NCBI GenBank assembly: GCA_045643185.1
Contig: JAZUKH010000265.1
Location: 1-62,778, forward strand
Reading direction: 5' to 3'
Length of the DNA stretch: 62,778 bases
Origin: Myxococcota bacterium
GTDB lineage: Bacteria > Myxococcota_A > Bradymonadia > UBA4248
The first letter of the stretch is position 1, and the number at the start of each line of letters is the position of its first letter. This document shows positions 7,820 to 16,995 of this stretch, in pieces. Both the position numbers and the translations under genes were made by a program. The notes below the pieces were generated by a model. It saw only the letters and a list, made by a program, of their open reading frames with translations. It did not search any database and was not told where the DNA came from.

Positions 7820-10273
7820 ATGTTATTGAGAAAATACAGTATGAGTTTGATGATGATCTGGGCATGGATGGCTGGTTGTGCAGATGTTGCGTATGAAGCC
7901 GGTGACAGATCGTGTGAAGGCCTTGGCTGTGAAGGCGCAAAACTCGAGTTGGTGCGACTGGTGAATGAGGATGCTTGTCCGGATGACCCTGACAAGCTGG
8001 AGCCTGGAGAATGTGGTTGTGGCGAGTTAGATAAGGATTCGGATGGGGACGGGGTGTTGGATTGCAATGATGCCTGTCCGGAGGATTCAGATAAGGTTGA
8101 GCCGGGCGAAGTTGGCTGCGGGCAAAAAGACGAGGACTCAGATAAGGACGGGGTGCCTGATACGCTCGATGAATGCCCTTTTGACGCAGACAAATCGACG
8201 GCGGGACTTTGTGGGTGCGACCAGGTCGATTCGCCTCAAAACACCTCGGATGATGACGAGGATGGTGTCATCAACTGCCTGGACGGGTGTCCAAACAATG
8301 CGACCAAGATCGAGCCACTCGAAAATGGCTGTGATGTCGACGATCGGGATCGTGATGGGTACGATGACGAGGCTGATGCCTGCCCTACAAACCCAGAGAT
8401 CCAAACGGCTGAACAACAATATCCAATTTCGAAGAATGTTCAAAAATGGGCTGAAACTCAGTTGGAAATTTCAACAGATAAAGACATTGTTGAATTTGTT
8501 GAGACGATTTTGAAGGCTGAACGATGTTTGATCGATAGTGACAGAGTCTATCACGTGTTTGATGCCTCAGACTTGGTGGCTTTGCCTGTGTCGGTTGAGG
8601 TGAAGACCGTTCGTTTTGAGGCGGATATCGACCTGAATAACTGGAATGAACAGGCGACAAATAAGTGCCACGAGGCGTTTAGTGGAAAATTGTATGACGA
8701 GCCGATCGAGTTGGATGGTGGTGGACGAACTTTGTCTTTCTCGGCGCCCGATGGCACGCGTTGTCTTCGACACAACGCGTTGTTTGGACAACTCGTCAAG
8801 GCACACGATTTGACGCTGGATCTTGATTATGAGGGCCAATTTCGCGCTGTTCTTGCCGAAGAGGCGACAGGCGAATTGAGTAATTTGATCTATCGTGGCA
8901 CCGCGTCGAGCGGTGAGCATTACGTCGACCCTGCTGTGGGCGGCATCTTTGGGCACGTGCATGACTGCGTGTTGAAGGATGTCGTGGCAGATCAGGCTTC
9001 GTTTTTTGTGAACAAAGCGTGGTTGGGTGTCATCGCTTATTCGATCGAGCGCTGTCGCTACGAGTATACGCGCCCAAACCACGTCAGGACGTTGCGTGTG
9101 TTGGACGGACAGGCCAGTGGTTTTGCCGATTCCGTGGACGAGATTTACGGCGTTCATAACATCGTTGATCAGATGTCTGGCTCGGTGAATGGTCTCGTCA
9201 ATACGGCACAAAAAGTGAGTCATGTGATCAACGAGGTCGGTGAGGCCGATGGGGGCACGGGACTGATGGGCACGTGTTGGGAGTGTGTGGTCGAGGCCGT
9301 GAAAAACACCGTTGGCGAAATGCGTCATGGCAGTGCCCTGTTCGGTACGATCTGGGGGCGGGCTACGAAGTCACCGGCCGTCATGACGGATATTTTGAAC
9401 GAAGTCACGGGGACGTTGGAGAACAGCACCGCATTAGCTGAAAAAGTAACGGTCATTGGACCTGAGATCGGGTGTGGCAGCGGTCGGAGCCTGGTTCAAT
9501 TTGAACGGGTCGAGAGCAAAGTTCAGCAATTTCGTTTGAATGGGGAGGACGATAGCCCCCATGGAGCACTCATTGGTGTGTTGGATCACGAACAGATCGT
9601 CAATAGCTGGACGAAATCGTGTGATTTGGACTATTTGCCCCCAATGGTGTCGTTTGACAAAGTAATCGCCAGGTTTCCGCATATCGAGGCGTCTGCGAAC
9701 AAACTCGGTATATTGATCGGTAAAATGACGCTTAATGAAGGGTCAGACTGCGACAATGACATCAACTTCATGGAACGGCCGCTCACGACGACGCTTGGGC
9801 TCAAGTCTGTGTATTTGCTGTCCGATGTCTGGTCGGATGCCTATCAGTCGGTTGCGCAATTTGCGCATTCCATTTTGGCGAATCGCATGACGGATACGTG
9901 CAATACCGCGAAAGTCTATAATTTGCCACAGTATCCTGACTGGAAAATATTGGATGCCGATCACGTGATGGTCGCGTCCCGTCTTCATCTGAATGAATAC
10001 ACGTCGGCTTGTTTTGACATGTTTCAGGTACGCTCGCCAAAGGATCTGGGCGTCTCACACCACGCAGTGAGTTCTTACAACCTGGCAGAGGAGTTTTGGG
10101 AGTCAAACGGCACTGAGTTTTCGTATCTTTGTCGTGCTTTGTCCTCTGAAAGAATTCCGTATTACCTGGATGGGCTGAAGGAGGATGATACGACCTGGAT
10201 CAGTGAGAAGCCGTTTGAGGATGATCCGTTTTGGGTGACGTTTGTGCCTGAATTTGAGCGGGTCGAGCCATAA
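7820..10273 (+). CDS. Secreted/lipoprotein with N-terminal thrombospondin-type-3-like Ca-binding repeats
   Basis: 817 aa, RBS AGGAGG. Signal peptide ends in MAGC. Repeated D-x-D-x-D-G-x-x-D-C-x-D-x-C-P motifs are present (DSDGDGVLDCNDACPED, DSDKDGVPDTLDECPFD, DDDEDGVINCLDGCPNN, DRDRDGYDDEADACPTN). Confidence 0.75.
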   Translation: MLLRKYSMSLMMIWAWMAGCADVAYEAGDRSCEGLGCEGAKLELVRLVNEDACPDDPDKLEPGECGCGELDKDSDGDGVLDCNDACPEDSDKVEPGEVGCGQKDEDSDKDGVPDTLDECPFDADKSTAGLCGCDQVDSPQNTSDDDEDGVINCLDGCPNNATKIEPLENGCDVDDRDRDGYDDEADACPTNPEIQTAEQQYPISKNVQKWAETQLEISTDKDIVEFVETILKAERCLIDSDRVYHVFDASDLVALPVSVEVKTVRFEADIDLNNWNEQATNKCHEAFSGKLYDEPIELDGGGRTLSFSAPDGTRCLRHNALFGQLVKAHDLTLDLDYEGQFRAVLAEEATGELSNLIYRGTASSGEHYVDPAVGGIFGHVHDCVLKDVVADQASFFVNKAWLGVIAYSIERCRYEYTRPNHVRTLRVLDGQASGFADSVDEIYGVHNIVDQMSGSVNGLVNTAQKVSHVINEVGEADGGTGLMGTCWECVVEAVKNTVGEMRHGSALFGTIWGRATKSPAVMTDILNEVTGTLENSTALAEKVTVIGPEIGCGSGRSLVQFERVESKVQQFRLNGEDDSPHGALIGVLDHEQIVNSWTKSCDLDYLPPMVSFDKVIARFPHIEASANKLGILIGKMTLNEGSDCDNDINFMERPLTTTLGLKSVYLLSDVWSDAYQSVAQFAHSILANRMTDTCNTAKVYNLPQYPDWKILDADHVMVASRLHLNEYTSACFDMFQVRSPKDLGVSHHAVSSYNLAEEFWESNGTEFSYLCRALSSERIPYYLDGLKEDDTTWISEKPFEDDPFWVTFVPEFERVEP

Positions 10274-10308
10274 ACCTGTTATCAGCTTAGTGGGCGCGCC
10301 CAGATTCG

Positions 10309-11280
10309 TCACATTGGACTGCGGCTGCGGTTCAACGCGTTTGGGCGCAGCTCCGTCGTCAGGGCTGTGGGGTGCGAGCCATTCGTGTTGGCATTCAGGC
10401 TTCGGACGCGTTCGCAATCCTCGTTGAGTTGTTTGATGAGTGCGTCTTTGGAGCAAAACACCATTTCATCGCGTAAAAAAGCATCGAAAGCGACGCGGAT
10501 CTTGTGGCCGTAAATGTCCTGGTGAAAATCGAGGATATGCGTTTCGACCACGGTTTCGACGTTGCCGAACGTGGGCGTCTGGGTGACGGCTGTCATGGCT
10601 GGCAGCCATGGCGCCGCGTTATCGAGCTGAACGCGTGTGGCGTAGGCGCCAAGTTTGGGAATCACTTGTTCGGGCGCGTGGATGTTGGCGGTTGCAAAAC
10701 CGAGCGTGTGACCACGATGGGCACCCGATTCAACATGACCGTACAGCGAGTAGGGTTCGCCAAGCATCGCCGTGGCTTCGACGATGTGACCGCTTTGAAG
10801 CGCATGGCGAATGCGCGTCGAACTCACGGGGGCATTCTGATACGGTTTCATAATGAGCGAGTGCAAGGCGACATCGTGATCGGCGCACATACGACGAAGT
10901 AGGCGAATGTCACCGGCTTTGTCGGCGCCGAAAATGAAGTTTTCGCCCAAAACGATGGCTGCTGGTTCGAGCGGTAGCAGAATGTTGTTGAAGAATTCGA
11001 CTGGGCTGAGGTGACGAATGCTTGAAAACGGCAGGTAGAGCACTTCATCAAGGCCAAACGAGCTTAAAAGCTGCTCTTTTTCGAGTTCCGGGCGTAGAAA
11101 AAAATGTGGCGTCGGATGAAAAAACTGTTTCGGATGCGGCGTAAACGTAATGGCGACCGCGCGGCCGCCCCAGCTGTGAGCCAGATCGATCGTTGTCTGG
11201 ATCAGGTGACGGTGACCGATATGGACGCCGTCAAAGTTGCCGATGGTCAAAACGTTAGAAAACTCGTTCATTTTGCTCAA
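10309..11280 (-). CDS. ribF: Bifunctional riboflavin kinase / FMN adenylyltransferase
   Basis: 323 aa. The N-terminal GNFDGVHIGHRHLI nucleotidyltransferase motif and the C-terminal riboflavin-kinase part (GHTLGFATANI) are present. Confidence 0.9.
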   Translation of the reverse strand: MSKMNEFSNVLTIGNFDGVHIGHRHLIQTTIDLAHSWGGRAVAITFTPHPKQFFHPTPHFFLRPELEKEQLLSSFGLDEVLYLPFSSIRHLSPVEFFNNILLPLEPAAIVLGENFIFGADKAGDIRLLRRMCADHDVALHSLIMKPYQNAPVSSTRIRHALQSGHIVEATAMLGEPYSLYGHVESGAHRGHTLGFATANIHAPEQVIPKLGAYATRVQLDNAAPWLPAMTAVTQTPTFGNVETVVETHILDFHQDIYGHKIRVAFDAFLRDEMVFCSKDALIKQLNEDCERVRSLNANTNGSHPTALTTELRPNALNRSRSPM

Positions 11281-11285
11281 ACAGT

Positions 11286-12134
11286 TTACTCCATGGCATT
11301 GAAATCAAAGCGGATACCGATTTGGAAATCGACGCAGGCATCGGGTTGGATGAGGCTCGTGACGATATTGCCGCCGGTCTGCGTTTCGTGATTGATGCGC
11401 GTTTGTGTGTCATCCGGCACTTCGGTGAGCAGAAACAGGATCTTGGCATTGAACTCGACCCAGACGAGTGGACTGAGGCGGTAGGCAAAGCCAAGCATGG
11501 TGTCGATGTCGGCGCCAAACCAGGTTTCGGACTGAATCGTCGTGGTGATGGCCAGTCCCAGATGCAGTGCGACAAAGATTTTCCAGTCTTCTGTTTCAAA
11601 AAAATTGTAACGTGCCCCGGCGGTGATCAAAAAGAACCAGAGGCTTGCGCGTTCATCGCCCGAGATGTCTTCGGTGGCGTTATAGCTTGTGGTGTTGCTT
11701 GAAAAACAGGCCTCGTCTTTTAGCGCGGTATTAAGGGGAAAATACTTGGCACTCGCGTCGTTGAAGGTGCCGTTATAGACGTCGACGGGCGAACATGTGG
11801 TGTGCGTGATCCTGGACTTTTTCCAACGAAGTCGAGCGATGTCAAAGCGAATATCGATCTCGTCGACGATGCCGAGGTCGTCCATGGGCAAAAGCACGTC
11901 GGCGTGCAGATGCAAAGAGCCCGGGGCATTTTCGAGAGTTTTTAAGACGGGATAGTAACCGGGTTCTGGATAAACGCGGTATTCTCGGTCGACTTCGTTC
12001 GTGAAATAGTCCATGAGCGGAACGCCAAGTCCAAAGCCGATACCGAGCGATTGTGCGGCGGCGACAGAGGGAAAAAGCCAGACGAGGGCGCAGAATAAAA
12101 ATGCTGCGAAACTGAACCCACGAATGATTTTCAT
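11286..12134 (-). CDS. Hypothetical signal-peptide protein, possibly an outer-membrane beta-barrel
   Basis: The track ORF 11286..12323 runs through a tRNA gene, so it was trimmed to the internal ATG (12132-12134), giving MKIIRGFSFAAFLFCALVWLFPSVAAAQS. Alternating hydrophobic strands run through the rest. Its stop lies 6 nt upstream of the ribF start. Confidence 0.6.
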   Translation of the reverse strand: MKIIRGFSFAAFLFCALVWLFPSVAAAQSLGIGFGLGVPLMDYFTNEVDREYRVYPEPGYYPVLKTLENAPGSLHLHADVLLPMDDLGIVDEIDIRFDIARLRWKKSRITHTTCSPVDVYNGTFNDASAKYFPLNTALKDEACFSSNTTSYNATEDISGDERASLWFFLITAGARYNFFETEDWKIFVALHLGLAITTTIQSETWFGADIDTMLGFAYRLSPLVWVEFNAKILFLLTEVPDDTQTRINHETQTGGNIVTSLIQPDACVDFQIGIRFDFNAME

Positions 12135-12180
12135 GACGTTACGACGAAGTCCGTAAAGCAGGGTTGAAAAGTGTAAGGCA

Positions 12181-12207
12181 AAAAAAAAGGCGACCGAAAA
12201 GGTCGCC
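12181..12207 (-). terminator. Rho-independent terminator downstream of the tRNA
   Basis: On the minus strand: GGCGACC-ttttc-GGTCGCC followed by T8 (the A-run 12181-12188 on plus). Confidence 0.8.
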
Positions 12208-12214
12208 TTTGAAA

Positions 12215-12288
12215 TAGCAACGAGTGGACTCGAACCACTGACCTGACGGGTATGAGCCGTCTGCTCTAACCAACTGAGCCACGTTGCC
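12215..12288 (-). tRNA. tRNA with CAT anticodon (elongator Met, or Ile2 if lysidine-modified); CCA not encoded
   Basis: Hand-folded cloverleaf of 74 nt. Acceptor GGCAACG/CGTTGCT (G1-U72 wobble), D stem GCTC/GAGC, anticodon stem GACGG/CCGTC with loop CTCATAC, T stem AGTGG/CCACT with loop TTCGAGT. Confidence 0.9.
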
Positions 12289-12335
12289 AGGAGTTCTTCG
12301 AGAATCTCGTTTGAGGTTCCCATCGAACAAGGCGG

Positions 12336-12364
12336 CTTTTACGCTTATTGAGGGTGGCGGTCAA
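12336..12364 (-). promoter_or_regulatory. Candidate sigma70-type promoter for the tRNA
   Basis: Minus strand reads TTGACC-N17-TAAAAG, preceded by a long A/T-rich UP-like tract (12365-12400). The -10 is weak. Confidence 0.35.
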
Positions 12365-12449
12365 GAACTTTTTTTAAATAATTACTTTTTTTTTAAAATC
12401 CGTCGTAAGTCAGGGGGGCCTGGTTTGCATGTAGGTGCACAATCCGTTA

Positions 12450-12458
12450 AGATATAAT
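12450..12458 (+). promoter_or_regulatory. Candidate -10 element (AGATATAAT)
   Basis: Consensus TATAAT at 12453-12458, 36 nt upstream of the ATG at 12494. The 12-mer GATATAATGTTG is shared with 23079-23090. No convincing -35. Confidence 0.35.
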
Positions 12459-12493
12459 GTTGTTTTTTGGTCATTGAAGATGAGGAGTGACGC

Positions 12494-15400
12494 ATGAAAT
12501 ATCGTGAAATCGTTTTGTTTTTGACTGCCGCGTCGATTTTGACGAGTTGCGGAAGCGCGGACGATTTTTTCGAAGTCCACTATGTTGAACCGGACGATCC
12601 TCCTGTGACGAAACCTGACAAGCCACATTCCACGACAGACATTGATCCGGGACAACCGGGTGAAACGATACTGCCTGGTGGTTCGAAAGGCGTTGAGGGA
12701 GATCCGGAAGATGATTTTGGTGATGTGGACCCTTCTGGTGTCGTCGTGACGGAACCGTTTTCTTTGTCTCTGGTGGATCCGGCGAGTGGGCGAATCGAGG
12801 GCGGATATGAGATAAGAGTGCAGGGCAAACAGATCGGATCGCATGCCCGCGTGATGATCGGCAATGTCGAAAGTCCTCAGACCACGTTTGTGACCTCGTC
12901 ACTCGTCAGAGCTTTGGTGCCGCCTGGAAAACGCGGTTGTGTCGATGTCTCAGTCGTTCAGGAAGATGGCGAGCGTGTGACGCTCGAAAAGGCGTTTTGT
13001 TATACGGAACGACTCGGCGTTGACGCGGTTTCACCGGCACAGACCGTCGAAGGTCAGGTGACTCCGATTCGTTTGATGGGGCATGGGTTTTCAGATCAGA
13101 CGCATTTTTATGCGCGCGTCGGCAAGGATGTTCGTCCGCTCATCGATGTAACTCGCCGCGGGGATGGGTTTGAAGCCATTTTACCGGCTTTTGATGCCGG
13201 CGCGGTCGATATTTTGGTGAATTCCGACAGCGACTATGCCGAAAAACTTGCGGCAATGGTCATTATGCCGGCGATCGAAGTTGATCGTCTGTTGCCGCGC
13301 GTCATCCCGGCACAGACGGCGACGGCGTTGACGTTGACAGGGAAAGCCTTTGGCCGCGACAACATGGCGGTGCGTATCGGCGGTGCGTCGGCGACCGTGG
13401 ATCAAGCGACGTCCACGACGTTGAACGTGACGACGCCCAAACTGGCTGCCGGCTGCTATGCGGTGCTCGTCTATGACCAGTGGCGCCAAACTCAGGTCGA
13501 CGGTGGCCTGTGGGTGAACGATGATGTGACGACGACGCAGTTGCTTGGCGTCTGGCCTGACCGGTGTCCGACGACTGGTTGCGAAGCGACGGTCATGGGC
13601 GTCGGTTTGAACGCGTCCGCGCCGAAATTCGGCAGCGCGACCGCAGAACTGATCGATGCGACCGATACGGCGCTGCACGTCCAAGTGCCAGCCGCTGTCG
13701 CCGGCTCCGTCGATGTGTCGCTCGCCGACGCGTCGCTCACCTCAGCTTTTACATACGTCCAAATGCCGTCTGCCAAAAGCCTGGAACCCAATACTGGCTC
13801 GGCTGCGACACTGGTCACCTTGCATGGCAATGGCTTTGACGACTCGTTGCGCGTGTTCGTTGACCAGTTTGAGGCTGCAAACGTCGACGTCATCGACGCG
13901 CAGACGGCCGTGGTCACCATGCCTGAAGGAAGTGGCTTGGCTACTTTACAGCTCGTTCAACAAGGTTTGACGCAGCCAACCACGCTGACTTTCCAATATG
14001 TTGATAATCCGTCAGTCATTGGCATTGATCCCAGACAGGTCGCGACGATCGGGGGCTCTACGACGGCACTTTATGGCACGGGCTTTTCCGATAACATGAC
14101 CCTTTGGGTCGATGGGGTCGAAGTCACCAGCTTTACGCGCCGTTCACCCGGTCAGATCGAATTCATGGTGCCGCCACACGAAGTGGGGGACGCCGTCGTC
14201 GAACTCAAAAATAACGGAAAAAGTGTCGGAACTCAGACGATCCAGTACTTTGAACCGGGGAGCCGTAATACGAACGTGTCGGGCGGTATGCTCGATGGAC
14301 GGATTTACGTCACGGTGCTTACGGTCGATACGAACGAGATCATTCCCGATGCGGAAGTCTTTGTCGGAACGGACAAGGGAAACTATTTGAGCGGAAAGAC
14401 CAACGCGGCTGGACAGATCGCTTTTGAAAATGATCAACTCGTGGGGGCTCAGAGCCTGTATGCTTGTAAAGCCGGTTATTCCTGCAACACGTTGCAGTCG
14501 TTCGACGCAAAAAATGTCACCATTTATCTCCAAAAATGGGAATGGACTGATCTAAACTCGAAGACGCATGTCGAGACTGACATCACGCCGCCGCCGCAGG
14601 ATGGTGAATTCACGATCAACCCCGTTGATGTGACGATCGAAAAAATGCCTGAAAACACCTATTTTACTGGTCATGTCAGCGGTTTTGGCAAAGTCACCCT
14701 CGAATCGGATCCCGACGTCGTGCGCGCGGCGGTCGTCATTCAGTCGCAGCTCAGTCCCTATCGGACCTACGATCAGAATGACATCTATATGATCTTTGAG
14801 GAACAGGGACAGTATCGCATCAAAGCACGTAAGGGCGAAGTCGCCCTCGGACTCGTGTGTGGGCTCTATCATCGCAAGACGGGGGCCTTTGATCCACGAT
14901 ACTTCGGTCTCAAATCCGGGTTTTATGTCACGAATGGACAGACGATCCAGGCCGATCTTACCTGTCCGTTGCCGCTCAACCAGACGCAGCGCGTCAAGTT
15001 CCTGAATCTGCCTTATGCCAGTTATGCGACGTCACTTTATTCGACGGCCTATCTCAATTTGGGAAATGCCGGTTACATCGGCGGATTCATGACGGGGTAT
15101 TCTGAAAATGACTACGTTGTCATTTCCAAAGTGCCGCCCCTTCGCGGCGATCTGGAAAACGCGACGTTTGCCATTCAGACGCAGCTTTCTGTCAATGGGG
15201 CTGGCGTGGGGTCGATCTATTCGTATGATGTATCCAAGGATGAATCGACGGTCGAAATAGGACCGATCGTTTCTTGGCCCCGCTTAGACCGATTGCCCGA
15301 TGAGAATTATTTCCGACAGGAGGGCGTTGAACGCACGCACAATGCCAGAGCGTTGTTGGAGCGTGGCATCGTCACATGGTCTGTCGACCATCCGGAATAC

Positions 15401-15727
15401 GTCGATTTTTATGACATGACGATCCGTGGCTACTATTACATTAAAAATAGCAATGGTGTCGTCATGGCTGTTGACAAGCAGCTGCTTTGGCAATTCTACC
15501 TGCCGGGGAACGCGACGAGCGCTGAGTTTGCGCCGCGGGATTATGCGCGTGAAGATGGAAGTGAGCCGGAATACATCTATATTACGCTCACGGCTTACAA
15601 GACCATTCGAAATGGCTACGATTTTAACCAGTTTACGACGCTGGATACCAAAAATTACTACATCGATTCGGCCATCTCGACGACGCTTTATGTGCCCTGG
15701 CAAAATATGAATGTCATGAATCCTTAA
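12494..15727 (+). CDS. Large lipoprotein with about six IPT/TIG-like repeats
   Basis: 1077 aa, RBS GAGGAG, lipobox LTSC. Repeated ~85-aa modules follow the IPT/TIG pattern (P..G...GG..I.I.G..F......V.IG...A.....S...L.V..P). Confidence 0.75.
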   Translation: MKYREIVLFLTAASILTSCGSADDFFEVHYVEPDDPPVTKPDKPHSTTDIDPGQPGETILPGGSKGVEGDPEDDFGDVDPSGVVVTEPFSLSLVDPASGRIEGGYEIRVQGKQIGSHARVMIGNVESPQTTFVTSSLVRALVPPGKRGCVDVSVVQEDGERVTLEKAFCYTERLGVDAVSPAQTVEGQVTPIRLMGHGFSDQTHFYARVGKDVRPLIDVTRRGDGFEAILPAFDAGAVDILVNSDSDYAEKLAAMVIMPAIEVDRLLPRVIPAQTATALTLTGKAFGRDNMAVRIGGASATVDQATSTTLNVTTPKLAAGCYAVLVYDQWRQTQVDGGLWVNDDVTTTQLLGVWPDRCPTTGCEATVMGVGLNASAPKFGSATAELIDATDTALHVQVPAAVAGSVDVSLADASLTSAFTYVQMPSAKSLEPNTGSAATLVTLHGNGFDDSLRVFVDQFEAANVDVIDAQTAVVTMPEGSGLATLQLVQQGLTQPTTLTFQYVDNPSVIGIDPRQVATIGGSTTALYGTGFSDNMTLWVDGVEVTSFTRRSPGQIEFMVPPHEVGDAVVELKNNGKSVGTQTIQYFEPGSRNTNVSGGMLDGRIYVTVLTVDTNEIIPDAEVFVGTDKGNYLSGKTNAAGQIAFENDQLVGAQSLYACKAGYSCNTLQSFDAKNVTIYLQKWEWTDLNSKTHVETDITPPPQDGEFTINPVDVTIEKMPENTYFTGHVSGFGKVTLESDPDVVRAAVVIQSQLSPYRTYDQNDIYMIFEEQGQYRIKARKGEVALGLVCGLYHRKTGAFDPRYFGLKSGFYVTNGQTIQADLTCPLPLNQTQRVKFLNLPYASYATSLYSTAYLNLGNAGYIGGFMTGYSENDYVVISKVPPLRGDLENATFAIQTQLSVNGAGVGSIYSYDVSKDESTVEIGPIVSWPRLDRLPDENYFRQEGVERTHNARALLERGIVTWSVDHPEYVDFYDMTIRGYYYIKNSNGVVMAVDKQLLWQFYLPGNATSAEFAPRDYAREDGSEPEYIYITLTAYKTIRNGYDFNQFTTLDTKNYYIDSAISTTLYVPWQNMNVMNP

Positions 15728-15984
15728 TCGTTACTACTCAGGTGAAGTAAGGAAGTTTTAATAGAGAGCGCATGGACGCAAGGCGTTCGAAGCGCGTGTT
15801 ATAAAACGAAAAATGCGCGAACAGTATGAAAAATAGGCGGCTGGAAGCCGCGCACCGGCAATGCCGGTGCTTGCGTACCCTTGCCTGTCGAAGCCGAAGG
15901 CAAGACGGGCACGGTTGATTCCAGCTTCCTGAACGAAGTTGGAAAACCTGTCGTGAATCATTGATGAAAATGGAATGGTGAACC

Positions 15985-16995
15985 ATGAAAAAGCTTTTTT
16001 TGTGCATGGTGTTGGTCGCCGGCGTGGGACTGACCGCTTGTGACGACGGGGAATCTCAGAATGAAACCGTCGTGTGTGACCCGTCGACGTGCAACAACGG
16101 CAAACACTGCGACAAGGGCGAGTGCGTTGCCGACACGGTTTCTTGCGACGCGTCGACGTGCAACAACGGCAAACACTGCGACAAGGGCGAGTGCGTCGAC
16201 GATGCGGTTGGCGGTGACGACCCCTGTCAAAACGTGAAATGTACCGAAGGCGTGTGCAGTGAAGGCGTCTGCGTAACGGATGCGATGAAAAAGTTGGCCG
16301 CCGACACGATCTGTGATCCCGAAACTTTTGTCGATTTCTGTGACGGGTCGACCGTGGTTTATTGCGACAACGCGGCTGGAACTGTCATGCGTGGAAACTG
16401 CAACGAAGGCTGCGCCGTCTATGTCGACACGGCGCGTGGGCGCGCGGTTCAAAAAGCCGGATGTATCGACGGCGGCGCCTGCACGACGCTCAATGAGCTC
16501 AAGTCGGAATGCCAATATGACAAGGCCGAACAGGTGGCGGGCGTTTTCGTCACCGCTTGTCAAAAAACAACACGAAATACCCTCAGATACATTAGCGTGG
16601 ACGGCTACTACTGCGAGGGTGTCTGCAATGCCACGAATGACGCGTGCGAAGCCCTTGAAAACACATGTGATCCGTATCGCTATAAGCCCTCGTGCGATGG
16701 CGATATTCTCACGACTTGCTTTTTGACTTCCAACCTCACGCCGGTCCTGCGTGATGAGTATTGTAAGGGCGCTTGCACGACCGTCGACGGCGTCGCGATG
16801 TGCGGAATGGCTGAATGCACTGAGGAAGGCACACGAAGGTCGTTCTGCGGCAGTTTCGATTCTACCAGTGATGAAGATGCGATCGACACCGTCTGCGTCA
16901 AAGATGATCAAGGCAAACGCTACCAAGTTCGCACCGGGCAACACGATTATTGCCCGAACGGTTGCAATAGCGCGACAGGAGAATGCATGCCATGA
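15985..16995 (+). CDS. Cys-rich lipoprotein
   Basis: 336 aa, lipobox LTAC followed by DDGES. Many C-x-x-C / CxxGxC spacings and an internal duplicated 23-aa module. Confidence 0.75.
   Translation: MKKLFLCMVLVAGVGLTACDDGESQNETVVCDPSTCNNGKHCDKGECVADTVSCDASTCNNGKHCDKGECVDDAVGGDDPCQNVKCTEGVCSEGVCVTDAMKKLAADTICDPETFVDFCDGSTVVYCDNAAGTVMRGNCNEGCAVYVDTARGRAVQKAGCIDGGACTTLNELKSECQYDKAEQVAGVFVTACQKTTRNTLRYISVDGYYCEGVCNATNDACEALENTCDPYRYKPSCDGDILTTCFLTSNLTPVLRDEYCKGACTTVDGVAMCGMAECTEEGTRRSFCGSFDSTSDEDAIDTVCVKDDQGKRYQVRTGQHDYCPNGCNSATGECMP
16075..16212 (+). repeat. In-frame 69-bp tandem duplication (x2) inside the Cys-rich lipoprotein gene
   Basis: Units are 16075-16143 and 16144-16212. They share a 46-nt identical core GTCGACGTGCAACAACGGCAAACACTGCGACAAGGGCGAGTGCGT, encoding STCNNGKHCDKGECV twice. 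Confidence 0.9.

Noticed and set aside
12215-12288. Initiator tRNA-fMet
   Set aside because: It lacks the C1-A72 mismatch and the three consecutive G-C pairs at the bottom of the anticodon stem. It is an elongator Met or Ile2(CAU), which I cannot distinguish by eye.
11286-12323. 345-aa ORF as given in the track
   Set aside because: Its first 63 codons run through a well-folded tRNA gene (12215-12288) and that gene's terminator. It was trimmed to the internal ATG at 12134, which begins a signal peptide.
15728-15984. Known riboswitch or housekeeping RNA (SRP, 6S, RNase P, tmRNA) in the structured leader
   Set aside because: I could not find the conserved core sequences of these RNAs by eye. 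It is kept only as an unclassified structured region in the findings.
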